From: Octopus vulgaris
Taxonomy: Eukaryota
Reading direction: 5' to 3'
Assembly: GCA_951406725.2 (NCBI GenBank)
Contig: OX597816.1
Coordinates: 78,554,001-78,618,000 of the forward strand
DNA: 64,000 nucleotides
The notes beneath the pieces are model-generated. The model did no database searches. It saw only the letters and a program-made list of their open reading frames with translations, and was not told the DNA's origin. The position numbers and the translations under genes were made by a program. This document shows, piece after piece, positions 11,001 through 21,289 of the stretch (the first letter of the stretch is position 1; every line of letters starts with the position of its first letter).

Positions 11001-12383
11001 GATAATGAACCACGGCTGCTTCCAGACCAGCGCATAGCCTACAACACCATCGTAGACTCTGTCAGACAGCAACGTGGGGGGATTTTCTTCCTTGATGCAC
11101 CCGGCGGCACTGGCAAAACCTTCGTCACTAAACTAATTCTGGCAGAGGTCAGACGCAACACGGACATTGCCCTGGCTGTAGCTTCCTCTGGTATCGCGGC
11201 CACGTTGCTTCCGGGTGGCAGAACCGCCCACTCTGCCTTCAGACTCCCGCTCGATCTGGCAAAGTCCGAGTCACCTATCTGCAACATTGCCAAGAACTCA
11301 GAACAGGCCGACATTCTGCGCAGATGCAAACTCATCGTATGGGACGAGTGCACTATGGCACACAAAGGCGCCCTTGAGGCACTGGACAGGTCCCTGCAAG
11401 ACATCAGAGACTCTACGGCCCCCATGGGAGGATTAACTTTACTTCTTTCAGGAGACTTCAGGCAGACTCTACCTGTTATTCCAAAAGGAACCCGTGCCGA
11501 TGCCGTGCGCGCGTGCCTTAAGTCGTCAGCTCTTTGGGCACATGTGCGGCCCTTGCACCTCCAAACTAACATGCGCGCGCAGTTAATTGGTGACAGCGGA
11601 TCCGCTGCATTCTCCAGGGACCTCTTATCGCTCGGTGAAAATAGGATGCTGTCTGATGCGGATGGCTACGTTCAATTTGACTCACTTTGCACCATTGTCG
11701 ACACCCCTGCTAGCCTCCGGGACGCTGTCTTCCACGACCTACAAAACAATTTACGCGACCTAAAATGGCTGGCAGGCAGAGCTATTCTCGCACCCAAAAA
11801 TACAACCGTCAACTCCATCAATATCCAGCTACTTGAAGCTATTCCTGGTGATGTCCACGTCTACAAATCTATAGATAGGACAGCAGACCCCGCCCAGCTT
11901 GCCGATTATCCTGTTGAATTCCTGAATTCACTTGAACCGCCAGGCCTGCCACCACACATCCTGAAGTTAAAAGTCGGTGCGCCCATTATGCTCATCAGGA
12001 ATTTGGTTCCACCTAAACAGTGCAACGGCACACGTTTGGTTGTGAAACATTTGGCACCACATTTAATAACGGCCACAATACTTACCGGTTGTGAGAAGGG
12101 AGAGGACGTCTTCATTCCACGGATGCACCTTCAACCGTCGGGCGCTGACCTACCAATCCACTTCAGGCGTTCTCAGTTTCCTGTTAAACTCTGCTTCGCA
12201 ATGTCCATCAATAAATCCCAAGGCCAAACGCTACAAGTCGCTGGGTTACATTTGGGCGAACAGTGCTTCGCTCACAGTCAACTCTACGTGGGCTGTTCAC
12301 GCGTTGGGAGGCGCAAAGATGTTTTCATGTTTTCGCCCAAACGGACAGCTAGGAACATCGTATATACAGAAGTATTCCAGTGA
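8007..12383 (+). CDS. Helitron RepHel transposase (HUH-Y2 Rep endonuclease + PIF1-family SF1 helicase); open frame 1458 codons, first in-frame ATG at 8304 (1359 aa)
   Basis: Zn motif CQFC...CCSGG; Rep motifs PDLFITYTCNP, VEWQKRGSPHAHILIW, YVCKYINKG; helicase motifs DAPGGTGKT, IVWDECTM, GDFRQTLPV, CNGTR, QFPVKLCFAMSINKSQGQTL, HSQLYVGCSRV. Confidence 0.96.
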   Translation: MLSTKILTPRVPFYYTASARASDGAEARAERLSRDATATAVARASESAEARCTRLESINKRRDIIRGVRTPAPAFWLSLAFNYDATINFSLCDDIKIGSMTIVCQFCKAKKWPGEPPGLCCSGGKVDLPPLREPPQPLKDLAAGLTPDSSQFLEIIRKYNCSFQMTSFGAKIPPREGWMPTFKVQGQVYHLIGSLLPDEIQQSSFLQIYFIADYNHQVDARLGIIPGTSYVPRKDILLRLQTMLHDINSYVCSFRYALDSAPSPNFTVVIDADKRPHGEHERRFNAPACNEIAAVIHGEQHNSRDIMISSRGNNLHRISETHRSYDALQYPLLFPYGEDGCHFGIPLRQPSNQTTAASKTVSCRAFYSYRFMVREVEFNLLPRCRQLFNQFAVDMAAKMESERLLYIKLNQTKLRSDSYIHLRDGLQQENDPRNIGKPCILPSTFTGGPRYMRERTQDALTYVRIYGRPDLFITYTCNPSCDEITRELLPGQSHTHRHDIVARVFRLNLGKMKDLIVKGQIFGHVRCHMFSVEWQKRGSPHAHILIWLTHKIETNDIDKFISAEIPDPDEDPGLYEIVRTTMVHGPCGPNYANTPCYKNGLACSKGFPKRFTLETQTGGDGYPLYKRRSPANGGRTITVGRHQVDNSYIVPYCPLLSKIFKAHVNVEFCSSIRSIQYVCKYINKGSDAAMFSIQRTTSRDEVSNYLAGRYLSSNEAFWRNYGFPLHQRHPAVVQLAVHLENGQRIYFTEQSAVQIATSPKDTTLTGFFKLCQRDDFSRTLLYPQVPSYFVWSKNTWVRRKSGKNVESFPGVKFDSCLGRVYNIPPNQQECFYLRLLLHEVTGPTGFANIRTVNGVLCDTFREACMRLGLLEDDSQWDATMAEGALLQTHSALRHLFAILLQKCQLSDPLSLWMKYRDDMSHDVLRTAQQHCPSAEITFTNFTYNFALIQFEDAVIDMGGYALTEYGLPPPTREHANVMSAELLRETSYCIEELHQYVQDNEPRLLPDQRIAYNTIVDSVRQQRGGIFFLDAPGGTGKTFVTKLILAEVRRNTDIALAVASSGIAATLLPGGRTAHSAFRLPLDLAKSESPICNIAKNSEQADILRRCKLIVWDECTMAHKGALEALDRSLQDIRDSTAPMGGLTLLLSGDFRQTLPVIPKGTRADAVRACLKSSALWAHVRPLHLQTNMRAQLIGDSGSAAFSRDLLSLGENRMLSDADGYVQFDSLCTIVDTPASLRDAVFHDLQNNLRDLKWLAGRAILAPKNTTVNSINIQLLEAIPGDVHVYKSIDRTADPAQLADYPVEFLNSLEPPGLPPHILKLKVGAPIMLIRNLVPPKQCNGTRLVVKHLAPHLITATILTGCEKGEDVFIPRMHLQPSGADLPIHFRRSQFPVKLCFAMSINKSQGQTLQVAGLHLGEQCFAHSQLYVGCSRVGRRKDVFMFSPKRTARNIVYTEVFQ

Positions 12384-12477
12384 AGACAAGACATTGCAAC
12401 GTCCACATGCACCTTCGTTCCCTGGAGGGAAAGGACTACATTGGGATTAGTCGTTGCCTACTAGGGGCTCTTACATA

Positions 12478-12505
12478 CCCGGGCAACGCCGGGCTATGCT
12501 GCTAG
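12478..12505 (+). other. Helitron 3' terminal hairpin and CTAG end
   Basis: CCCGG-GCAACG-CCGGG (12478-12493), 8 nt spacer, then CTAG|T. Confidence 0.92.
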
Positions 12506-12633
12506 TGTAGTATAAATGAATTATATCTGAACAAAAAATAAAATGAACAGAGTGGTTCCATCTGATAATAGATTTGTTTGGTCAGATTTACTTGATAAAA
12601 CATAATTATCATAAAATAAATAACTATCTTCAA

Positions 12634-12870
12634 ATCATCATCGTCATCATCTTTTAATATCCATTTTTCATGCTGGGATGTGTTGGATGGTTTGATTAGA
12701 TTTGATCAGTCTGAGTGCTGCACCATGTACTAGTGTCTGCTTTGGTATGATTTCTATAGCTGTAGGCTTTCCCTAATTCCAACCACTTCACAAAGTGTAT
12801 TGGGTGCCTTTTACCTGACATCAGCATTCGTGAGGTCACAAGACAGCTTACAAGACTAAAATTTTTCAAC
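12634..12870 (-). mobile_element. RTE-related 3' end fragment with (GAT)n tail
   Basis: Plus-strand CATCATC...TTCATGCTGGGATGTGTTGGATGG...CCAACCACT motif shared with the RTE 3' ends at 42027, 46500, 57498 and 61618. Confidence 0.65.
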
Positions 12871-13911
12871 AGAGTGAGGCTACAGGAGAAAAAGATAGAT
12901 TTTATGCAAGAAGATTAATTCTAATAGTTTGAATCTTGTTTTAATCTGGTTTCTCTCTCTCTCTCTGTTGCATCATGGATGAGTTGTTGTCAAAGTTCTT
13001 CAACACAAGAAGGCAATACTTTGGCTAATGACATGCATGTATCTATTTAAAAGATACTAAATAATAGCCAAATACTATTTCATTTATCAAAGATGTCTGG
13101 TAAACTAGAACTTTCACAATTAGCTTCCATACTATAAGAAGTTTTAATCTTGGTAGTTTAAAGGGAGCTAATATGGCTGTCAGCAACCAACTATTTTGTA
13201 TAACACCAGGGTGACATTAGGATCCATTATGATCTGTATAATAATTGAATGATATACTCTTGATTCTGATAGGTTCTTGGAGGCTTTGTAAATATTTTGC
13301 TGTTTGAGAGTATCAAGAAAATGATAGACAAAATACTTTATAGTATTGAGTTATATATATTGCTTTACATTCTTAGGTTAACCTTGCCTTTTATTCTTCT
13401 GGGTTCAATAAAATTTTCAATTAAATAGTTAGGTTCATACATTTGTTTATATCCATTAGTCCAAATTTGTGACACTGTGCATATGTGAAAAATAAATATT
13501 ATTGAATGATTTATGTGTAATGAAGCAAATTATTCATTTTATCTTCTAACTGTAAGTTTTTTCCTGTAATGGGAAACTTGCATGAATTTGCTAAAATATG
13601 AAAGAAAGCTCTTTCAGTTGAGTATAATCATGTGATATTATATATATTCATATGTAACTGTGTAATGACATAGTTATATACATGCACACACGTTCATATG
13701 AGTGCATAATTACTGAAGCAAACAGATCATTTAAACACAATACTTTTGCAAACATCAAAGTATACATAAATGCATCCACACAAACATGTGCAAGTATACA
13801 CATATAGAAAGATATACATACTTATATTAAAAAAAAGCATACTTAAAGCAAATTAAAATACTTTAAAAAATTAATTCTTTTTTGAACAAAATGACATTAA
13901 GTTTTACTTAC

Positions 13912-14022
13912 GACAATTTGCTTCATCACTGCCAGTAATGCAATTTTCGTAATTGTTACACAGATTTTTTTCATTGATACATTTTGAATTGTCTAAACAT
14001 TTATGGCTATACTTTGGACAAT
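13912..14022 (-). CDS. Exon: LDLa module 2 (NCPKYSHKCLDNSKCINEKNLCNNYENCITGSDEANC)
   Basis: aattacag| acceptor, TGTC|gtaagt donor, 111 nt, phase 1-1, six Cys, GSDExxC. Confidence 0.92.
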
Positions 14023-14129
14023 CTGTAATTGATAATAATAATAATAATTGTTGATTAAATGTCAAAATATCTGAGCTGAATTGTTAACAAGATTATAATT
14101 CCCCAAACTATCAATCTTATTTTTAGATT

Positions 14130-14472
14130 ACATCTTTTATCTTTTACTTGTTTCACTCATTGATCTGTATCTATGCTTCAATGCCATCTTCAAAGTGACC
14201 CCAGTCTGGTACTTACTTTATTAGTATCTTTTGGTAAACTGTTAATTTACAGGGATGTAAACAAACCAGCACCAGGTGTCAAGTAGTGGAAGGAAACAAA
14301 AATGCAAAGTCATGCACATAATGGGCTTTCACATAGTGTCTGTCTCCCACATTCACTCAAAAAGAATGGTTGGCTCAGGGCTATAATAAAAGACACTTGC
14401 TCAAGGTGCTGTACAGTGAGATTGAACTTGAAACCACATGCTTGCAAATTAAGTTTCTTAACCACACAACCA
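14130..14472 (-). mobile_element. tRNA-headed SINE, family B (degraded)
   Basis: Aligns with 14790-15147 (AAGACACTTGCnCAAGGTGC...GAnTGAAC...CTTAnnACACAnCCA). Confidence 0.7.
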
Positions 14473-14789
14473 ATTAAGTTTCTTAACTACATCACCAATA
14501 AAAATGTAATATGGATATCGATATTGAAAATATACACTCTACAGATGACATTAAAATTCCATAAGATTCTAAAGATAAACCCCTTAAAACAATCAGGTAT
14601 TTAATATTTTGAAGAGCTGCCTTTCAACAAGCTACTAACAATTCCCATACACTTTTCATATAAGGTTAAAGTATTTATATTAATGTTTTAATATCAAAAT
14701 TCAGCTTGGTAGAAAGATTATAGAAAATGGAATCCCAAAACAGGTATAATAAAGGAACTCAAGTATCTGTAATTAAAAGTGATGGCATT

Positions 14790-15147
14790 CATCTTTTTCT
14801 TGTTTCAGTCATTAGACCATGGCCATGCTGGGGCACTGCCTTCAGGAATTTTAGTCGAACTGATTGACCCCAGTACTTATTTACTTTTAAGCCTGGTACT
14901 TATTCTATTGATCACTTTTCCTAAACTGCTAAGTTACAGTGGTTGTCACATAGTAGCGGGGGACAAACACACACACATATATATATATTCAACAGACTTT
15001 CAGTTTCTATGTACCAAATCCACTCACAAGGCTTTTGTCTGCCTGAGGTTATAGCAGAAGACACTTGCCTCAAGGTGCCATGCAGTGGGACTGAACCCAG
15101 AGCCATGTAGTTGGGAAGCAAACTTCTTACTACACGGCCACACCTGC
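14790..15147 (-). mobile_element. tRNA-headed SINE, family B (CORE-like segment)
   Basis: Minus strand GTGGCCGTGTAGTAAG (A box)...GGTTCAGTCCC (B box), then CACCTTGAGGCAAGTGTC and an A-rich 3' end. Confidence 0.8.
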
Positions 15148-16121
15148 ACCTATATTCATTAAGCTTGACACAAATTAAATGTCCTAATATTTGCATTACA
15201 TTACATCCAGCTGTGTCAACATATTTGAATTTTGATATATATCTGTTGTGATAAAACATAAAACTAGATAATGTTGCAAAATGTGACCTCCCTTCTGTAC
15301 CAACATGGCTCCAACAGCAAAAGTTAGCTGTAGGGAAAGTGCAAATCAACCCAGCAAGCCAACTTACCCAAAGAAGAAGTCATGCACTGCTGGGTGTCTT
15401 CAAAACATGCATCTTGTGGAATGTAGTTCTTTGTTAATTAGTTTTACGCTGACTTCTGTTTACCACTCCCCTACACACAGAGACTAGCTGTCCTTATATA
15501 CTTGTACATTCATCTAGAATCTTCTAAAGAGTCATGTTATGTTGTATCTTTTAGAACTTTATTCTGAACCAATTAATTTCCTAGTTGCTAGGAAACCCAT
15601 ACAGCACCTGACCTATGAGACATGTCATTTATCATGTGACACAATTCTGGAATTTTCTCTGATACTCTAACATGATACAATATTATAGAATGATTACACA
15701 GGAAACTAAACAATATTACATAATTATTACTCAGAAAACTAAACACCTTTACCAATTTACCAGAGAATATCATAGATAATACAAACAGAACTTATTCTCT
15801 CTTTCATAACAATATGGTCACCCTACAACAAATAGAAACAAACATTGCATATTTTGAAACTGCTCACTACATACTGTCTGGTAGGTTTCCCACCTCTCAG
15901 TGTATTTTGGTACCTAAACATTTAGTAGAAACATATGGTACTTGAGTAACTTCCTAGGAATTAAAAGCATAGATTTTCAAATTTGTTGTTTTTGCTTAAC
16001 TTCAGTTCTGATTGAGCAGATCTATGATGAAAGCTGTTCTGAATGTGATCAATGATCAAAATTATGAAAATAAAAATCAAAACTATGAAAAGTCAAGAGT
16101 AAATAGAAATGAATTACTAAC

Positions 16122-16445
16122 TTAATTCAGGACAGGTTCCATTATAAATGTTGACACTATTAATTGCCAGTCCCCCGGTCTTGATATCTGCAATGAATGT
16201 AAGAAAACTTGTCCCTGCTGGAAGCTGGAATTGTCCTTCATATGTTCCATCTCTTAGACTAAAGAAATATTCATTCCAAGCAAGATGACGTGAAACATCT
16301 CCATTAGAGTTCAACTGATTTAAAATAACTGAGAAATTCCCAGTTAGTGCAAAAGCTGTAGTAAACTTGAAATTCACACATGAATCTGCCAATGTTTCGA
16401 TGGGTGACAGCATTTTCCCTTTTGTTCCTATAATCTGCATACTAC
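16122..16445 (-). CDS. Exon: MAM domain 4, C-terminal part (GSMQIIG...MLSP...SCVNFKF...LAINSVNIYNGTCPEL)
   Basis: atttacag| acceptor, TTAA|gttagt donor, 324 nt, phase 1-1; LSP, CVxFxF and terminal GxC MAM motifs. Confidence 0.9.
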
Positions 16446-17159
16446 CTGTAAATCAAAGAATATTATCAGAAATATTAGCAGAATTACTGAATTGCAAAGC
16501 AAACAATTGAATGGGTGAAAAGTCAGAGTTTCTACCTTTTCTTCAAAAATAAGTCCTTATTTGTTGAAACATTAGCAAATAAGTTTACTGTTTCTTCCAA
16601 CAAATAAAAAATTTCAAATTCCAAACAGAAAGCTTTTTCATCAAACGGACTGTTCCTTATTTTAGCTTTCTCTGACAATATGCAGATAAGAGACAAATGT
16701 TTCTCTAGCTAGGATGCTGTCAGTTACAAGTAAATTTTCTTTTATGATAAGCTGAACCATGCAGTCCAACGAATTAATTTTACAAATCACTTTTCCAAAG
16801 CAGCCATTAACAGATTATATTCTTCTGCAATACATCTATATATCGTATTTGCCAGCATGTAAGATGTACTCCTTTTAAACAAGTATATATTTTGAAAAAA
16901 ACAACAAATTTAATATGTTTCTTCATGCACTCATATACCATCTGTAACCAAAAGCTAAGACACAGTGTGCTCCAGAGTGGGAGTGAATTTGGAGTCTTAT
17001 AATTGAGAAGCAAACTTCTGATACAGTTGGCCATGTATGCATAAAATCCAGATGGGGATAGCAAAAAATATTGCAGGCATTAAGCATTATCTAGGATGCT
17101 AGATGATGCAAGGAGTACTTGAGTGAAACAGAGAGTGAGGGAAAAGATCATGAAATGAG

Positions 17160-17166
<7 letters not shown>

Positions 17167-17208
<42 letters not shown>
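17167..17208. repeat. (GA)n microsatellite
   Basis: Pure GA run. Confidence 0.95.
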
Positions 17209-17210
<2 letters not shown>

Positions 17211-17275
17211 ACAGATAGAAAGGAGAATGTAAAAGACAATGTTTAGGCTGAAAGTTAAGTGACTACTATACTTAC

Positions 17276-17383
17276 CAGGAACTTTAAAGAAACTAGTACC
17301 ATTATCTAATACCGGTACCCATCCATATGCAATTTTATAACCACAGTAGTATTTTGTTGCGAAATCACATGGAATTGAATCAG
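17276..17383 (-). CDS. Exon: MAM domain 4, N-terminal part (PDSIPCDFATKYYCGYKIAYGWVPVLDNGTSFFKVP)
   Basis: cttaccag| acceptor, CCTG|gtaagt donor, 108 nt, phase 1-1; CDF-x5-CGY...W. Confidence 0.9.
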
Positions 17384-17912
17384 CTGGTAAGGTAAAAAAT
17401 AATATAAATTGAAGCAATAAATCAGTTGATCGATAATGATGATGATAAGGATGTAAATAGTTTAAATGACCTTCTTAATCTCAGTGATTATATAATTTCA
17501 ACAGAATGCCACATCATTCTCCTTCTTAGAAGAGCATGAATACAGCATGGGATGACAGCCATGTTGCATTTTCTTCATGAATGAAAATAGAAAGATGTTG
17601 GGATTCAAACAAAATACATTGCAGTATATAGTTACATTGGGGATCAATTTGATTTACCATTCCAAGTTGGTTGATGAAATAAATTACCAGTTGAGACTTA
17701 ATCAACTATTCTTTATTCTGAAATTTGGGGTTGTCATCCAATGCTAGAATTCAATATGAGATAAAATATAATGGTGGTAAATTGAATGGGCATGAGGCAA
17801 AATGTATTTCAATATTAAGGTACATTCATATGTGATGTGATTTGAATTATTGCAATGTTTTAATTTAGCATTGATTCCTTTCAAAATTAAAGAAAAAGGG
17901 ATATTCACATAC

Positions 17913-18013
17913 ATTTGTTTGTTTGTTTGTTTGTTTGTTTGTTTGTTTGTATGTATGTATGTATGTATGTATGTATGTATGTATGTATGTATGTATGTAT
18001 GTATGTATGTATG
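17913..18013. repeat. Compound microsatellite (TTTG)n then (TATG)n
   Basis: Directly visible; the two units differ by one base. Confidence 0.95.
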
Positions 18014-18177
18014 TTATATAAGCACACACATGTAAAACAAGAACAGAAATGAAGTTTTAAAATTTGCAACAGCTGTTTCAGGAGCACTTAATTGATGAAT
18101 ATTTAGGTTATATCATGACAAAAATCTGCTGTCTTGAAGAGATTTTAAATAAACAGATTGGAGAAAAAAATTTAGGT

Positions 18178-19562
18178 GCAAAAGCAAGGTCTAGAATGAA
18201 AGGGCATTAGAGTTAATTTAGCAAAACTCCAAATCTTAATAAGTAGGAAAGCTGACAATTTCCAAATCCTTTCAGGGAGATGGCCCTGCTCGATATGTAG
18301 AAGTGGCATAGGTAGAAACTCCATAACTTGGTGCAAGCTATGGACACATATGAGGTGCAGAAATATCAGACGAAGGCTAACAAGGAAAATAGTCTTTGTG
18401 TGTGGCAGATGTACAGGTACAATAAACACTAGAAATTAGAAATAATATATTTCTAAATCTCTCAGAGCAATTTATGCAGTAGCAGCACGATAAAATGATA
18501 GCATGTTGTCAACTTAATGTGACAGTCCCATAAAAAGGAAGAATGCTACTGTTATTTATCCCTAGGAAACACCATTTCCTAGGGCTAAATAACAGTAGCC
18601 TTCTTCCCTTTTATGGGACTGTCACATTTAGTTGACAACATGCTATCACTTTAACACTAGAAATGTACAGAAAATAAATTTCGTGAAAAGTTATGAGTGA
18701 TACTTAGAAGTAGTTGATAGCTTTTGAATCTGGGTGACCAATTCAGTTGTCGAGATGAATGCTCTGAGCGCATAGGTGCTAGAATAAGAATAAGCTGGGT
18801 AAAGTTCAGAATGTTTCTACCTTTGTTGGTAGCAAAGGCCTCTCCCTTATAATGAAAGACAGATTGTATGATACCTGTGTGTGAACAACCACACTATACA
18901 GCAGTGAAACATGGGCTGTGACTGCAGAGGACATGCAAAAACTTGAAAGAAATGAAGCTAGTATGCTTTGCTCTATGTGCAATGTTAGTCTCCATGAATG
19001 ACAGAGTGTAAGTGTCCTGAGAGAAAAATTAGGCATAAGAGGTATCAGATGTGGTGTGCAAGAGAGAAGACTATGCTGGTATGGCCACATGATGTGTATG
19101 GATGAGGACAGCTGTGTAAAAAGTGCTGATCTCTAACTGTGGAGGGAACTGGTTGAAGAGATAGACCCAGGAAAACATGAGACAGGGAGGTGAAGCATGA
19201 TCTTTAAATGTTGGGTCTCATGAAGGTGATGACAAGTGCTTGAGACCTTTGGTAATTTTCCCTGTTTGAGAAGTCTCATCAAGCCAAATGAAATCAGTTG
19301 TAGCTAGAGCCAGTGACTCTTAAAAGGTATCCATGCTGGTGTTACATGAAAGACACCTGTGCCAGTGACTTGTAAAAGGCACCAGTGCCAGTGACACATG
19401 AAAGGCACCCACTAGACTCTGAGAGTCTAGGAAGGGTATCCAATCATAGAAACTCAACCAAATCAAATTGGAACCTGGTACAGCTCTCCAAATTACCAGT
19501 CCCAGTCAAACTGTCTAACTCATGCCAGCATGGAAGACAGATGCTGATTGATGATGATGATG
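18178..19562 (+). mobile_element. 5'-truncated RTE LINE (RT C-terminus, PHD-like finger, 3' UTR, (GAT)n tail), interrupted by a 216-bp insert
   Basis: WPCSICR...LWTHMRC...FVCGRC, SETWAVTAEDMQKLERNEASML, RRLCWYGH, tail GATGATGATGATG near 19550. Confidence 0.9.
18491..18653. repeat. 163-bp palindrome (79-bp arms, 5-nt loop CACCA, 5 mismatches)
   Basis: 18491-18569 is the reverse complement of 18575-18653; it lies in an insert flanked by the duplicated 12-mer AACACTAGAAAT (18425-18436, 18653-18664). Confidence 0.97.
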
Positions 19563-19826
19563 TAGGTGAAGAATTCAAGTTAACTCACTCACTAAATTAA
19601 AAAGCGAGACAAGTGAAGTTATCAGAATACCCTAAAATTCATGAGGCTGCAATTTATAAAGTCTCTAGATTATACTTCTGAATTAGAAATACTTCCTCCA
19701 GTTGTAGAGAGGTTATGCACCTTTGACCATTTGGGTTTGGTAAGTTGCCTATACTGTTAAGCACTTTATAGATGTGAAACCAATGGTCACTCTATGACAA
19801 GCCATAACATTTAACTTCTTAAAAAA

Positions 19827-19857
19827 TACACACACACACATGTATATAAATACATAC

Positions 19858-19933
<76 letters not shown>

Positions 19934-19970
19934 ACATACATATATATGTGTGTGAGTGTGTGTGTATGTG
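19827..19970. repeat. Compound (CA)n/(TACA)n/(TA)n/(TG)n microsatellite
   Basis: Directly visible. Confidence 0.95.
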
Positions 19971-20018
19971 AGCCAGCGTTTTACTTTTCGTTTCTTACTT
20001 TCAGTTGTCCTGATTGTA

Positions 20019-21113
20019 TTAGGTTAGCCCATAAATAATGCAGTTTTTTCAATTGCATGAACTAAAAGTTGGAAGGGGACAGGATAAACTACCTGCACCA
20101 ACTTGTTATATAAATAGGTAGTAATTTTACCGTGTTCTTATTCTTAGTGCAAGTTTTAAAGTGTGCAGTTCGATTTTAACAGTTATTTTTTCAAAGGTAT
20201 AATGGAAGTGACAAAGGAGCTTTTTCAGCATATTTTGGTTTATAGTTCAATAAAGGCAACAACACCACAGAAAGTGCGAGGAATATTTATGCAGTATATG
20301 GGAATTGGACAATAAATGTAAGCCAGTGTCAACTGTGGTTCCAGGAATTCTGAGCCAGAAACTACAGCCTAGAAGATGAGCCTCATCCTGGAAGATCTGT
20401 AGAGCTCAATGATGTCCTGCAAATCCTGGTGGAACAAAATCCCATCGTAACTGTTGAGGAACTGCATGCCATCAGAGAAGTCAGCAAATTGGGTCCTTCG
20501 CAAACTTGCTGCATCTAATCGTGTGCAGAGAGTGAATGTATGCTCTTCTTTGCTGTCATGTTTCATGAATGAACCTTTTTTGGACTGAATAGTGACTGGT
20601 GACAAGAGATAGGTTCTCTATAAAAATATCAAGTGCTGAAGCAATGGGTAGGGAAAGAAGAAACACTGGCACCCCAGGCCAAAGAAGATCTTCACCCACG
20701 TAAGATTTTGTTATCTGTTTGGTGGGATATGAAAAGTTTAGTCCACTTTGAACTTTTAGACCCAAGCCAAACGATAACAAAGGAGATCTACTGCGAGCAG
20801 CTCGAGCTGCTTAAGTCAGTGCTAGAAGAAAAACGACTATCCTTGGTTTCAAGACTGAAAGTGTTCTTCCATTAAAATAATGCTCAGCCACATACAGCAA
20901 GGATGACATTGCAAAGGTTGAAGCAGTTTGAATAGGAAACGAAGCCCCATCCACCACATTTGCTGGACATTGCCCCATCTAATTATCACTTATTCTGCAG
21001 TCTTCAAAATTATTTGGACAGTAGAAATATGAATTCTGTAGGTCAGAACAGTACTGGAAAAGTATTTTCGTCACTGACAAGTGAATTTTGGAAGAAGGGC
21101 CTTGGAAGTCTAC
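20019..21113 (+). mobile_element. Decayed mariner transposon, 3' end lost
   Basis: TA then TTAGGTTAGCCC end; IVTGD, LHPRKILLSVWWD, ELLDPSQTITKEIYCEQL, DIAPSNYHLF remnants with stops. Confidence 0.88.
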
Positions 21114-21262
21114 CAGGCTCCAGTCTGATCTGAGAGTGTTTCTACAACTGGATGCCCTTCCTAACGTCAACCACTCTGTAAGTGTAGTGGGTGCTTTTCA
21201 CGTGCCACCGGCACAGGTGCCAGGGGAGGCTGGCAATGGCCATGATCGGTTGGTGCTTTTGA
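21114..21262 (-). mobile_element. Internal piece of RTE 3' UTR abutting the mariner
   Basis: CTGGATGCCCTTCCTAACGTCAACCACT...GTGCTTTTCACGTGCCACC, as in 61740-61850. Confidence 0.75.
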
Positions 21263-21289
21263 AGTTGTAAGTTACCGCACAAGTGAAAA

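Larger units (their letters stand above)
6932..12505 (+). mobile_element. Complete autonomous-type Helitron (5574 bp)
   Basis: 5' TC at 6932 after host A, 3' CTAG at 12502-12505 before host T, subterminal GC hairpin, no TSD, single RepHel frame. Confidence 0.96.

Noticed and set aside
7800-12450. GC-rich long-ORF block as bacterial or viral contamination, or as a host PIF1 gene
   Set aside because: The Rep HUH/Y2 motifs are fused to the helicase, the Helitron termini sit in an A|T site, and host exons on both sides splice in phase.
8048-12450. Short overlapping and antisense ORFs within the Helitron
   Set aside because: Shadow frames of a GC-rich coding region with no recognisable motifs.
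15080-15147. tRNA-like sequence with A and B boxes (also near 930-1010)
   Set aside because: These are SINE heads that run into SINE bodies, with no complete cloverleaf.
16117-16121. Stop codon ending the 16117-16440 ORF as the end of the gene
   Set aside because: The TAG lies within the gttagt donor, and the phase-1 join to exon 13912-14022 continues the frame.
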